Source: Diplonema japonicum
Lineage: Eukaryota > Protista > Euglenozoa: Diplonemea
Reading direction: 5' to 3'
Length of the DNA stretch: 64,000 nucleotides
NCBI GenBank assembly: GCA_964019335.1
Contig: OZ025729.1
Location: 124,001 to 188,000, forward strand
Part shown: positions 25,037 through 36,126 of the stretch, one piece after another
How positions within the stretch are numbered: position 1 is the stretch's first letter
How the letters are laid out: each line of letters starts with the position of its first letter
Notes under the pieces: generated by a model
What the model was told of the DNA's origin: nothing
The model's database searches: none
What the model saw: only the letters and a program-made list of their open reading frames with translations
Program-made: the position numbers and the translations under genes

Positions 25037-25912
25037 ACTTACCATAAAAAAAATATGAGCCATCCGTTGGAAGTAAATAGCTTAAATTGCTCTTTATATC
25101 TTCTTTTTTTTTTGCACACAAAACGCCTCTTACTTAGATGAACGGACGGGGGAGGGAGTCACCCATTTTCAAGGGGGGAAAATGTACTTCTTTTTACATC
25201 TCATGCGTACAGGGGGGGGGGGGGGGTGTAGCAAGACACGTAAAGGTTACCTGGGCCAAAAAGCCTTTATATCAACACCGTAGATTTTGAAATTCACGTA
25301 ATACCCAAAACCGAATTTTTTTTTTTATTGTACATTATCAAAAAAAAAAAGAAAAAAAAAAGAAAAAAAAAAAACTACACTACGTTTTTTTTCGCGAATT
25401 TTGGATTTTCCAATTTGCTTTTTACCCTGTTTGTAGTTTTCCTCAACAAAAATAAATAAATAAAAAATAATAAATAATAGTAACAATTGTTGGGGGCACG
25501 AGCGATTGTATTTTTCTTTTTTCAAATGTTTTGCGTTGTTTCTTCCTTTTTTTAAAAAAAAAAAAAAATCAATGCACGCAAGCCAGATTTTTATTTCTTT
25601 TTTTTTTTTCCTGGTACCGGGCATTAGAATTTATTCGAACAAATTTCATTAGGAATTTGTTTTCCTGTTTTCTTTTTTTTTTTTTTTTCAATATATTTAT
25701 TTCACTCTTCTGAAATTACTTCACGCACTCCCCCCTTCACGGTGAATTAATGGCCCTTTACTGTGAGGTTTTTGGGCTTTTCCTCAGATATGCCTTCGGC
25801 CAACTTTTTTGGACCCCACCCGAAGGCAGCCGGATCTTCGAAAAAAAATTTTTTTTTCAACAGGATAAGGGAGGGGGAGGGGGGGTGTGAGGGAAAAAAA
25901 AAAAAAAAAAAA

Positions 25913-26357
25913 ATGTTGAAAAGAACGTTGTACCGGCTGTATCCCGTTGGTGGTCCGCACGAGAAAAAAAACAAACCTATGTCCTACGCCCCAGGAAAGA
26001 AGTGGAGTATTGTGAACATACAACAAGAGGGTCCTGTGAAGAAGGACACTAGAAACATCACAGAGAGGGGGCACGTGATGAAGCTGATATACATGTTACA
26101 GCCGATTACGATGAGCGATCTGTGGGAGGAAATGTTTCGGTCTCCGTTCAATCCGATACACTCCCACGCGCAGCTGAGAAACATAATTTTATTTTTGAGG
26201 AAAGATATGCAGGTGTGGGTGATTTAGGGGAAAAAAAAAAAAAAAAAAAAAAATAAGGTATACATGCGGTTGGACCCCGACGACCTTCAATTTTACATCT
26301 ACCTGTATCCACAATGGGCCAGGCTTGCTAAGCACTATATTGGTTTGTTCACATCCC

Positions 26358-26394
<37 letters not shown>

Positions 26395-26673
26395 AGAAAT
26401 TGAAAAGAAAATCGAGCAAGAAGAAGCAGCCGACCTCGCGCAAAATCCCCCCCCTGCCTACCCGCCTGACCCACTGAGATATTACTACCAGTATCTGGAT
26501 CTACAGGTTTGTGTGAGGAAAAAAAGAAAAAAAAAGAATTGTTTGAAAACGGGGAATATGAGAAAGCAGTAGGAAAGTTAATGAATTTTGCGCCAAGGTT
26601 GCCCGTCTTCCCACTGAATTTTGAAGAAAAAAAAAAAAAAAGAATTTGCTCAACTCGAAAAATTCACCACTGA
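25913..26673 (+). CDS. Hypothetical protein (possible mitochondrial presequence); introns 26213-26257, 26343-26396; 3' end uncertain
   Basis: MLKRT start after an A-run. The 45-nt and 54-nt poly(A) GT-AG introns join ORFs 25763 and 26264. Further splicing near 26507 is unresolved. Confidence 0.7.
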
Positions 26674-26724
26674 GGAGCCTGCTACAAAATAAATAATAGT
26701 TTGATTTTCCCAGCAGAATCTGTG

Positions 26725-27250
26725 ATTTTTATTTATCGTTTTTTGCCCTCCGACCTAGTGTTTTTTTTTTTTTGGCTGGGGACGTTTTATATTTGGCATG
26801 CTAAAAAATAAAATAATGGCAGAAAAGAAAAGAAAAGAAAAAAAAGGGGAGAACCAGTAGTCGGGCTACTAGTCAGACTCTGTCTACTACTTCTTCTGCT
26901 TGATAATCACATGGATTCTGATATCATGGGTGCTTGTCGCACATTGTGCCTTGAGAAAGTGGGCTTTGGTCCACGTACGCCCTACGTTGGGGAGCATCAA
27001 CTCACATGCAACAATCTTACCTAACTCATAGAAAGCGGTCTTCCCAAGCACTGCTTCAATTGGCTTGTCATCTCTTAGGTTCAGCCACCACTGATCACAA
27101 ACTTGCAAGAAACATGAGGAAAAAAATAAAGTTATTATTAAGTTACTTTTTTTTTGATGTTTCTAGCCAAAACAAGGGAAAATAAATAAAGTCTACGGGG
27201 TCCCCAGCCAAAAACACTAGGGAGGGGGGGGGCAAAAAGATAAATAAAAA
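26725..27250. mobile_element. Degenerate inverted-repeat (MITE-like) element
   Basis: ATTTATCG...GCCCTCC..CCTAGTG(T)nGGCTGGGGAC (26731-26783) is inverted at 27200-27246. The GC-balanced core may be a coding relic on the - strand. Confidence 0.5.
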
Positions 27251-27518
27251 AATAAAATAAAAAAAAAAAAACACACACACAGGAGCAATTTGCCCGCAGA
27301 AGGATAGAGGAGCTGGAAAGCAGCGGCAAAACTGTCTCCGATAAAGTGTAACAAAAAAAAAATCAAAACAAAAAAAAAAAAAAAAAAAAAAGTGTGGATT
27401 TTTTTTTCTTTTTTTTCTCATTCCTTCCCCCCCCCCCCCCCCAATATTCTAAATTTCTATTTCAAAACACAACACAAAAAGAAGAAGCGGGTTGAAAAAC
27501 AAAAACAAACAAAAAAAA

Positions 27519-30500
27519 ATGCATATTTACATAAAATCCATCACATTTGGTGGATTTAGATCCTACAAGGAAGGCGGGCTGTTAGGCCTCGACAGGAAGA
27601 AGGGGGAAGAGTTCAGCCCGATGGTGAACATGGTGGTCGGAAAGAACGGAAGCGGTAAAAGCAATTTCTTCGCCGCGATCCAATTCGTCCTAGGCCAAGG
27701 CAAGTACCGCACCATCCCTACAAAGGACCGCAAGGAGCTCATCCACGAGGGAGCCGGGAACAAGGTTCTGTCCGCATACGTAGAGATCCAGCTGGACAAC
27801 AGCGAAGGAAGGTTCTCCTTTGACACCGAAGCCAAAACCATCGTGATCAGAAGAACCCTCGGCCAGAAGAAAGACGAATACAGGGTAAACGACAGGTCCA
27901 CAACTGCAGCAGAACTACAGTCAATGTTGGAAGCAGCCGGGTTCTCCCCTTCCAACCCATACAACATTGTCGAACAAGGCAAAGTCAGCACACTGGCAAC
28001 CATGAAAGACACATACCGCTTTAACATTCTAAAAGAAGTTGCCGGTACACATGTGTACGAGGACCGACGTTCGCAAAGCATGAAACTCATCACCCAAGCA
28101 GAGACAGACATGGCAGCCGTGGCCGACAACATCTCCACCATTAAAAGCAAGCTTGAAGAACTTGGCGAGGAACGTGAAGAATTCAAAGTCCACCAAGCGC
28201 TTCACCAAAGCCTTAAGTGTCTTCAATACGTGACAGCGAAGGCTGAAAAAGATGCTGCTTCAAAGGCCCTACGTGACCATGACGCGGCCTTCAGCGACAA
28301 GGACAAAGCCGTGCAGGAAACGTACACCGTTCTCCAGGAAAAAATGCAGAATATCAAACAGTTGGAACGCTCCGCAGCGTCTGCAGGTGTGTCGCATCAA
28401 CAGTTGAAACGGCAGAAGGACATTGTCATGCAGGAGCGAACAGGCTGGCTCCGCCGTCACGCCCGTGCAAGGGTTGCTTCGTCTGTCATCGCCAACGATA
28501 AGCAAGACGCCATTGAGGAAAAAGCGCGTACAGAAAACGCGCTCGCTGCCGTCAGCAAAGAGATCGCCGCGAAGCAGGCTGCCTTGGAGAAGCAAGGAAA
28601 AGCCCTCCACGCCGCCGACGAAAAATCCGCGGTTTCCTTAATGGGTTTGAACGAGCTTTCCTCCCGCGTCGACCAGCTCGTCACGAAGAAAGGCAGGCAC
28701 AATCAATTCGGAACCCGAGCTGAACGAGACAAATATCTTAAAAAGGAAATCGCGCGTCAGAACAAAACCGTCGAGGGTGCGGAGGAGGACCTCGAGAAGC
28801 TTCAAGCAAAGCTGAACAGCATCCCGGAAGAAATTGAGAAACGCAGAGCCATCGCCAGCAACAAACGCAAGGAAATCGTGGACAACAAGAGCAACACCGA
28901 GAGCTCCGAACAGCTTAAAAAGCTCACCGCCGAGCGCGACAACCTCCACGAAAGGCGCAGGGTGCTCTTCAGACAACAAGGCGAGCTCCAGCATCAAATG
29001 GACGCATCCAGCGAAAAATACCAAGAGTGGAAGCAAAAACTCAACAAAACAATCCCAAGGGACATTCGGCAAGGTCTACAGTCAGTTGAACAGGTTCTTA
29101 GGGAAAACCAAGCCATCACAGGTGTGTACGGCCCTGTCATTGGACTGTTCTCGACCGACAAGGAATTATTCACAGCGTGCGATGTGATGGCGGGTACGTC
29201 GCTGTTCCACATTGTGGTCGAAACAAATGAAGTAGCGAGTAAGATTCTCAGGGCGTTGAACGAGAAGAAGCTGCCCGGGAGGCCCTCATTCTACCCGTTG
29301 AACAGAATGAACAGCAAGCCGAAAGACCTCCCAACCGCGGAAGACTGCTTCCCACTATTCTCCCGCTTGAAGTTCAAGGACATGTTCAAGGCAGTTCTCT
29401 CCGATTTGTACGGCCGTGTCCTCGTCTGCACGAACCTCCAAGCAGCCAGCGCTCACTCCAAAACCCATGGCTGCGATTGCGTCCTTGCAAACGGTGACAA
29501 AGTCGATGCAAGAGGTGGTATCTCCGGTGGGTTCTTAGATGCCCGTACATCACGCATAGCCTCTTCCATGGGGGAGCGTCGGGTTAAGGAGGAAATCGAC
29601 GGATTAAACAAGAAGCTGGAGGAGGCGAAACAAGAACAAGCCGCCATCGACCAGAAGGTCACATCGACCATGAACTCACTTCGAGACGCACAGGAGAAGC
29701 ATTCGAAGGCCGACCGTTCCAACGAAAAGGAAGCGCTCGACATCCGCGCAATTGAGAAAGACATCCAACAGCTCCACGAGGCCAAGGTCTCTCTCCAGAA
29801 GCAGATTTTGGAACAGAAATCCTTCGTAAAAGACACGGCAGCGAGGGCGAAAGCCGATGAAGAGGAGATGAAAACACCAATGGTGGACAAGCTTACCAGC
29901 GATGAGGCGAAAGAACTACAAACAAAACAAAACAGCCTCGACGAGGAGAAGAAGAAGCACGGGCATCTTGTCGCGAGCGCTGAAGAACTCCGTGTCGGGA
30001 CCACCCAGCTGCGCCAGTTCCTCCACGAAAACCTCTTGAAACGAGAGGACGAGCTTAAAGAAAAGCTTGCAAGGATCGACGCCCACACCACAACAGACCC
30101 CACAGGCCAGGAAAACGAAACCGATCTCGTCAAAAAACGAATCGACACTTTAGAAGCAAACCTCGAGACAATCGAGAAACAGATCGACGACGCCCTGCAA
30201 CAGCGTACAAGCTTCACGAGGAAAGCAGAGGTGGAACGTGTGTCTCTGCAAAAACTCACACAAGGGTCGCACAAAGCAAGGGAGGAACAGGACAAGCAGA
30301 AGCTCAAACGCATGGGGCACCTTAGCAAATTTGAGACCGCCGCGGAGCAAATCCGCAAGCTCGGCCCACTGCCGTCAAATGTCTCAAAGTTCGAGAGCAT
30401 GGACTTCAAACGGATTCACACAGAGATGGCGAAGACAAAGGCCAAGCTAGGCGGCCTGACAAAAGTCAACAAAAAGGCCTTCGACCAGTACAGCATGCTG

Positions 30501-30529
30501 TCGGAGATGCTGGATGGACTGGTATGGGG

Positions 30530-30560
<31 letters not shown>

Positions 30561-31226
30561 TCACAGTCGGTGGAACAGAAGAAAAGGTTGAACGACCGTG
30601 CCACGCTGCAGAGCCTTGTTGATGATTGTGATGCGAAGAAGGACGAGGCTGTGCTGCGGACTTTCAAGCAAGTGAAGCTTGGGTTCGAGAGGAATTTCAA
30701 GGACCTCGTCGGTCACGAGCGTGCCAGTGCCGAACTGATCCTTCACAGGGCGCCTACCGACGGCGACGAACCAAGGCAAAAAGCAACAAAAGTGGACCAG
30801 TTTGACGCTGTTGGTGTTAAGGTCGACTTTGGTGTCGGCGGTGGGGTCGGTGCGGGAGGAAAGTCCTTAGAGCGCCTTTCTGGAGGGCAGAAGTCCTTGG
30901 TTGCGCTGGCTTTTATCTTCGCTATCCAACAAAGCGATCCTGCTCCCTTTTACATTTTCGACGAGATCGACTCGGCACTTGACTCTGAGTACAGATCCAA
31001 CGTGGCAAGAAAAATACAGGAGCTGAGCAAATCGGCTCAGTTCTTGATCGTGTCGTTCAAAAGGGAAATGCTCGACATCGGGCACAAGCACTTCCGTATT
31101 TCTTTTGAGAACAAAGTTTCCCGCCTTGCAAGGTGCACCGCTGAGGAAGCTCACCGTGTTTTGTCCAATAAGCGCCAAAGGGTCGTGGAAGACGTTGATA
31201 CGGAACAACCTACTCAGGAGACCTAG
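27519..31226 (+). CDS. SMC3: Structural maintenance of chromosomes protein 3 (cohesin); probable intron 30522-30566
   Basis: GKNGSGKSNFFAAIQFVL, GFSPSNPYNIVEQGKV, hinge GG.SGG, LSGGQKSLVALAFIFAIQ.DPAPFY.FDEID.ALD. Confidence 0.96.
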
Positions 31227-31701
31227 ATTTTTTATTTTTTATTTTTTTTTTCTTCTTCTTCATCGAGCGCTTTTAAGTGCGAAAAAAAAAAGGGGGGAAA
31301 AAAAATTAAATTGTCGTGCTTTTTGGCACGTTTCTTTTTTTTTTTTTTTCATTGCATAGATAGTTTTTTTTCTCTCTCTTTTTTTTAGACTCCCCCCCCC
31401 CCCCCTCCCCCTTTCTCTCCCCTGTTTTTTTTTTTCCCTCTTTTTTTTTCTCTTTTTTTTTACTACTACCTCTCATCCCCCCTTTTTTTTTATTCTATTC
31501 CCCTTCCCCCTTTTATTTTCTATTATCTCATTAATAGCCACAAAAAAAAAAACTCCCCCCCTTTAGAAAATAATATTCTCAATTTTTTTTTTTCCCACCC
31601 CCTTCTCTTCCCCCCCTTTTTTTTATATTTTCTACCAGCCGTCGGGGAAAAAAAAAAAAAAAATCCAAAAAAAAAAAGCGAAAAAAAAAAAAAAAAGAAA
31701 A

Positions 31702-32958
31702 ATGCCTCAAAATGTCCCTCCCGCGTACCTTCTCGTCGGCAGTTTGAACAGTTATTTCACGCAAAAGGTTGTCGGATACCTCAGATGGAAGAGAGTGGAC
31801 TATCAAATGATGACGCCTGATATGCAGCTTCACAGAGAGTTTGTTAAAAACATTGCTGGTGTGACGCAGATTCCGCTTCTCATTGACGTTAAAAGATCTG
31901 GGAAGGTTGTAGTCGACAGCAGCAAGATAATTGATTACATTGAAGAGAAGGAAGGCGGGGCGTCTGTCCACGGCGAGGAAGGAGTTGGAAAAATAATCGG
32001 CCATTTGATGGAAGCTTTTTCCGATGAATGGATGAAACTACCAGCGATGCACTTAAGATGGCACCCTCCCATCCACAACAAGTTTTTGCTAGCCGACTGG
32101 GGTAACATGCTCTACCCAACAACGTACGACACCGCAAAACGGGACAAAACATTAAAAGCACCGATGAAAATGTTCTCGTCCTCCAGAAAACCGCTTGGGG
32201 TGTCAACTGAAACAATGGGAAATTCCGTTGAAGCCGCCACCACGGCGTTGTACCAAGCGTTGACCGTTCATTTTGAAAAACACGATTTTTTGCTCGGCGG
32301 TGCGCCGACTTTAGCAGACTTTACCATGATGGGGCCGATGATGGGGCATTTGTACCGTGATCCCGTCCCCGGATTTGAAATGAAAACAAAGTTCCCATTG
32401 GTAGCACAATGGATAGAACGATCCCAAGGGATGATACCTGCAATGAGAGGCTTAACAAGATGGAGTGTAAAAGGTGGGGTTCTGAGCGAGGTTTCAAATA
32501 TTGAGAATCTACCGTTTCAAAAGGAGTACGAGTGCATGAAGACCGGGGGTGTTCCTGATTCTCTGAGGATGGTTTTGAATCTGTTTTTTACAGAGCACGT
32601 CCCGATGTTATCCGAGAACTTGAAGTGTCTTCAAAAATACCTTGAGAAAAAGGGCAGTCCCACCAACAATGGCAAACCGCTGCCCCGTGTGGTGGGGAAT
32701 TACGAATTCCGGGTTGCAGGGGTGGGGCATAACCGTGCCGCTTTCCCCAACGAGTTGTACAAACTTTCACGTTCGGCTGCTTATTTGAGAACACTCTCCG
32801 GAAACGAACGGGAAGCTGTTACTGCGTTCTTGTTAAGCTTTCCCAACGGGGCGCTTTTGCTGGAAACAATGCAGGCCCTTCCTTTGTTGTATATTTACGG
32901 TGAGAACAGGTTGTGTCTTGTCCCAAGGGAGGACTACGATGTTCAGGCGAAGTTGTAG
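31702..32958 (+). CDS. Glutathione S-transferase-family protein (long bacterial-like type)
   Basis: SYFTQKV..YLRWK, QIPLL, DSS.IIDY.E, EAFSDEW...PAMH.RW, FLLGG.PTLADF. Confidence 0.85.
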   Translation: MPQNVPPAYLLVGSLNSYFTQKVVGYLRWKRVDYQMMTPDMQLHREFVKNIAGVTQIPLLIDVKRSGKVVVDSSKIIDYIEEKEGGASVHGEEGVGKIIGHLMEAFSDEWMKLPAMHLRWHPPIHNKFLLADWGNMLYPTTYDTAKRDKTLKAPMKMFSSSRKPLGVSTETMGNSVEAATTALYQALTVHFEKHDFLLGGAPTLADFTMMGPMMGHLYRDPVPGFEMKTKFPLVAQWIERSQGMIPAMRGLTRWSVKGGVLSEVSNIENLPFQKEYECMKTGGVPDSLRMVLNLFFTEHVPMLSENLKCLQKYLEKKGSPTNNGKPLPRVVGNYEFRVAGVGHNRAAFPNELYKLSRSAAYLRTLSGNEREAVTAFLLSFPNGALLLETMQALPLLYIYGENRLCLVPREDYDVQAKL

Positions 32959-33051
32959 AATTTCCTCGGAAGGGAAAAAAAAAAAAAAAAAAAAAAAAAT
33001 TGTCGAGCTTCGTCGGCATTTTTGTGTTAAAGCGTGTAATGTTTTTTTTTT

Positions 33052-33278
33052 TTGGGGGCCCGACGGCACACGGCTACGACAGGAGACCACTCTTCTCCTC
33101 GAGCCAAACCCCCCTACCTAGCACGACTCCAAGCAATGTTTCTCGCCCAGATGCCGTCCATCTCATCGCGACAAACAGCCACCGCAGGCACCAGACAGCA
33201 ACCGCAGAACGGTGACCGATTAGTGTGAATTTCTACCTGAACAGTGAGCACCCCCATGCACACTGAAATTTTATCGAG
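33052..33278 (+). mobile_element. 5'-truncated copy of LINE family A
   Basis: Near-identical to 2583-2811; flanked by T-runs. Confidence 0.92.
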
Positions 33279-33381
33279 TTTTTTTTTCTTTTTTTTTTCT
33301 TTGTTGACGGCCTATAAAACCGATATACGCCCACCTAAAAAAAAACTCTTCTCTTTTTTTTTTCTTTCTTTTTTTCTTTCT

Positions 33382-33494
33382 TCGCGACAAACAGCCACCG
33401 CAGGCACCAGACAGCAACCGCAGAACGGTGACCGATTAGTGTGCATTTCTACCTGAACAGTGAGCACCCCCATGCACACTGAAATTTTATCGAG
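33382..33494 (+). mobile_element. 5'-truncated copy of LINE family A with 6-bp TSD CTTTCT
   Basis: Near-identical to 2699-2811; CTTTCT at 33376-33381 and 33495-33500. Confidence 0.9.
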
Positions 33495-33760
33495 CTTTCT
33501 CTCTTTCTCTCTCTCTTTCTCCCCCCCTCTTTTTTTTGAAACCTGTCTAAATAAAAAAAAGGGGGGGGGTAACTTTTTTTTAACACCCCTCTCACCGGCA
33601 TGGTACAAAACAAAAAACAAATAAAAAAAGAAATCAAAAAAAAAAAAAAAACGACGAATAAAAAAAAAAAGTTTCCACCAAAAAACCCTTTTTTTTTCTT
33701 CCCCCCCCCTTTTTTTTCCCAATGAAAAAAAAAACACAGGAAAGGGGGAAAAAAAAAAAA

Positions 33761-34262
33761 ATGTCCAACTTAACAGAGAAGCAGCTAAAGGACACCTTTG
33801 ACCTATTCGATGCCGATGGCAGTGGGGCCATTGACAGTGAAGAGCTCGGTTTGGTACTGGAGGGACTGGGTTTTGGCAAGCTCCCCATTGAGGAGGTCGA
33901 GGCAATCGTGAAGGAAGTGGACGCAGACGCCAGTGGTGCGATTGAATTTGAGGAATTCAAGAGGCTATGCAAGTCCAGGGCTTTGACTAGCAACAGCAAG
34001 GAAGAGATGTTCCTGGCCTTCCAGTCTTTCGATCATGGTGAAAAAGGCATTATCACCGTTAGCGATTTCTGCCAGGTGGCGGAGTCACTGGGTGAAGACG
34101 TGAGGCCAGAGCTCTACAAAGAAATCATCATGGAGGCAGCAGGCCCCGATGTTGAGGGTATCTCGCACGAGGACTGGACTTCCATCCACATTGAAGTACT
34201 TGAGTCCAAGGTGTGGGGAAAAAAAAAAAAAAAAAAAAAAAAAAAAACAGCGCCGTGTTTAG
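33761..34262 (+). CDS. Centrin/calmodulin-like EF-hand protein; intron 34211-34250
   Basis: FDLFDADGSGAID..EL and DADASGAIEFEEF. The 40-nt GTGTGGGG(A)nCAG intron is followed by RRV*. Confidence 0.88.
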
Positions 34263-34580
34263 AGAATATAGTTTTTCTTTTTTTTTTTTTCTCTTTTTTT
34301 TACCATTAGTGTTTTCTTTTTTTTTTGTTGTATCCCCCCTCCCCCCTCCCGCTCTCCCACTTTTTTTTTCTCCCCCCCCCCCTTCCACTGTTTTTTTTTC
34401 TTTTTTTTTTATTCTCTTCTTTTTTTTTCTTTCTTCACCCCCCCCCCCCCCCCCCCTCAACTGCGATTTTTTTAAAAAATTCTTTTTTTTTTCCCCGAAA
34501 AAAAAAAAAAGAAAAAAACAGGAAAAAAAGGGCGAGAAAAAAAAAAAAAAAAAAACCCTTGCACATGAAATAAAAAGCAT

Positions 34581-34997
34581 ATGGACCACATAGTGCCTAG
34601 TGACAACAGCACCCTTCTTGTCCCGCAGGAGCCTGATGATGGTGTAGCTACCCCTGTGTGGGTGGTGTTTGTTGTGGCCGTGGTGCTATTGGTGGCGGCC
34701 TGTGTGTGTTATAAGGTAAGGGGGGAGTGGGACAGGGAGCAGGTGGGCTCTGATCGCCTAGGGTCTCCTGTAAGTTCCCTTGAACGCTCTCTCACCTTTC
34801 CAACGGCCGCCTCAGAACCAGACACGTCTCTTCAAGTTGACAACGGAAAATTCCTTGACTGCGCGCTGCCCGCACAGCCGCAGCCGCTACGACCCATCAT
34901 CAAGAACAAATCAGCCTCTTTTGTGGGCGTGCCCAGCGAGGACCGCCTTATGTCTTTTCCAATGCTCCCTGTGTCCAAGAGCATGGAACTTTTATGA
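34581..34997 (+). CDS. Small single-pass membrane protein
   Basis: 138-aa ORF with one strong TM helix in a coding-like island. Confidence 0.7.
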   Translation: MDHIVPSDNSTLLVPQEPDDGVATPVWVVFVVAVVLLVAACVCYKVRGEWDREQVGSDRLGSPVSSLERSLTFPTAASEPDTSLQVDNGKFLDCALPAQPQPLRPIIKNKSASFVGVPSEDRLMSFPMLPVSKSMELL

Positions 34998-35975
34998 ATA
35001 ATAGTGGTAATGGTAGCAAAATTTAAACTCTAATATAAAAATACATTTTATATATGTAGTTTTTTGTTGTTGTTGTTGTATTTTGTTTTCTCTCCCCACC
35101 CCCACAAAAAAAAAAACGGGGATTCTCTTTTTTTTTTCAAAAAATCTCCCTCCCCACTTCTTTCCTAATATAGAACAAGGACCTGCGGCGCCTCGCCCTT
35201 TTTGCTTACTTATTTCCACTTTTTTTTTAAAGGGGAACAAGAAAAAGGATTTAGGGCATACGAGCCTCCACGACACACGCATCTTCATATAATATTTGAG
35301 CTTGAAGAAAAAAAAAAAAAAAATGCGTAACTCCTTTTTTGGTTCCAGCTATCCTGGCTTCGGAGTGAACCAGCAACTAGATGGTTCTCGCCCCTATCGC
35401 TATGTCTGATGCCTACTCTGCAGGATTTCTTTTTTTACCCCTGCCTGTTCCAGCCCTTCGTTATTACTAAAAGACGAATTAAGGTTTACTTTTCTCTTCT
35501 GCGCTGTACAGCCCGGCGGTATCGAGCTCCTTCCCGAAAGCAACCGGGTCCAGCTTTTTTTTTTTTTTTTTTTTTTTTGCTTGAACAAGAAAAAAACAAT
35601 TTATTGATAATGAATTGTTGCTTGCTAAAAAAAAAAAAGAGCGGTAGCATTGTTGGGCCGAGCGATTTCGACACAAGCCTTCTGGGACAGCTGACAGCTG
35701 TGACCCCGCCGCGGGGAGTTCAAGCGCAGCCGGCTGTGCACAAACTTTTTTAAATTTGTTGTTACTTAAAGAAATATATTTATAGATACGTGCACGGTGC
35801 CAAAGCAACTTTTTTCCCACCGTCCACGGTAACTTATGTCACGGCAAAAAGGAGGAAAAAAAAAAAAAAAAAAAAAAAAAAACAGCACACGCTACAAAGC
35901 CCAGACCCAAGGGATCAGGCGAAAGGTAGTGGAAGGTGGAAGGAAAAGTTCTTAGGTTACCGTGGAGAGAAAGGG

Positions 35976-36009
<34 letters not shown>

Positions 36010-36126
36010 TTGTGGGGTTGCCGCACAGTACACTTACGCTTACGTTGTTTTTTCCTCAAAGAAAATTTAAAAAAAAAAAGAAAAAAAGTAAGTTATGGCG
36101 ATTGTCATTTTTTTTTTTTTTTTTAA

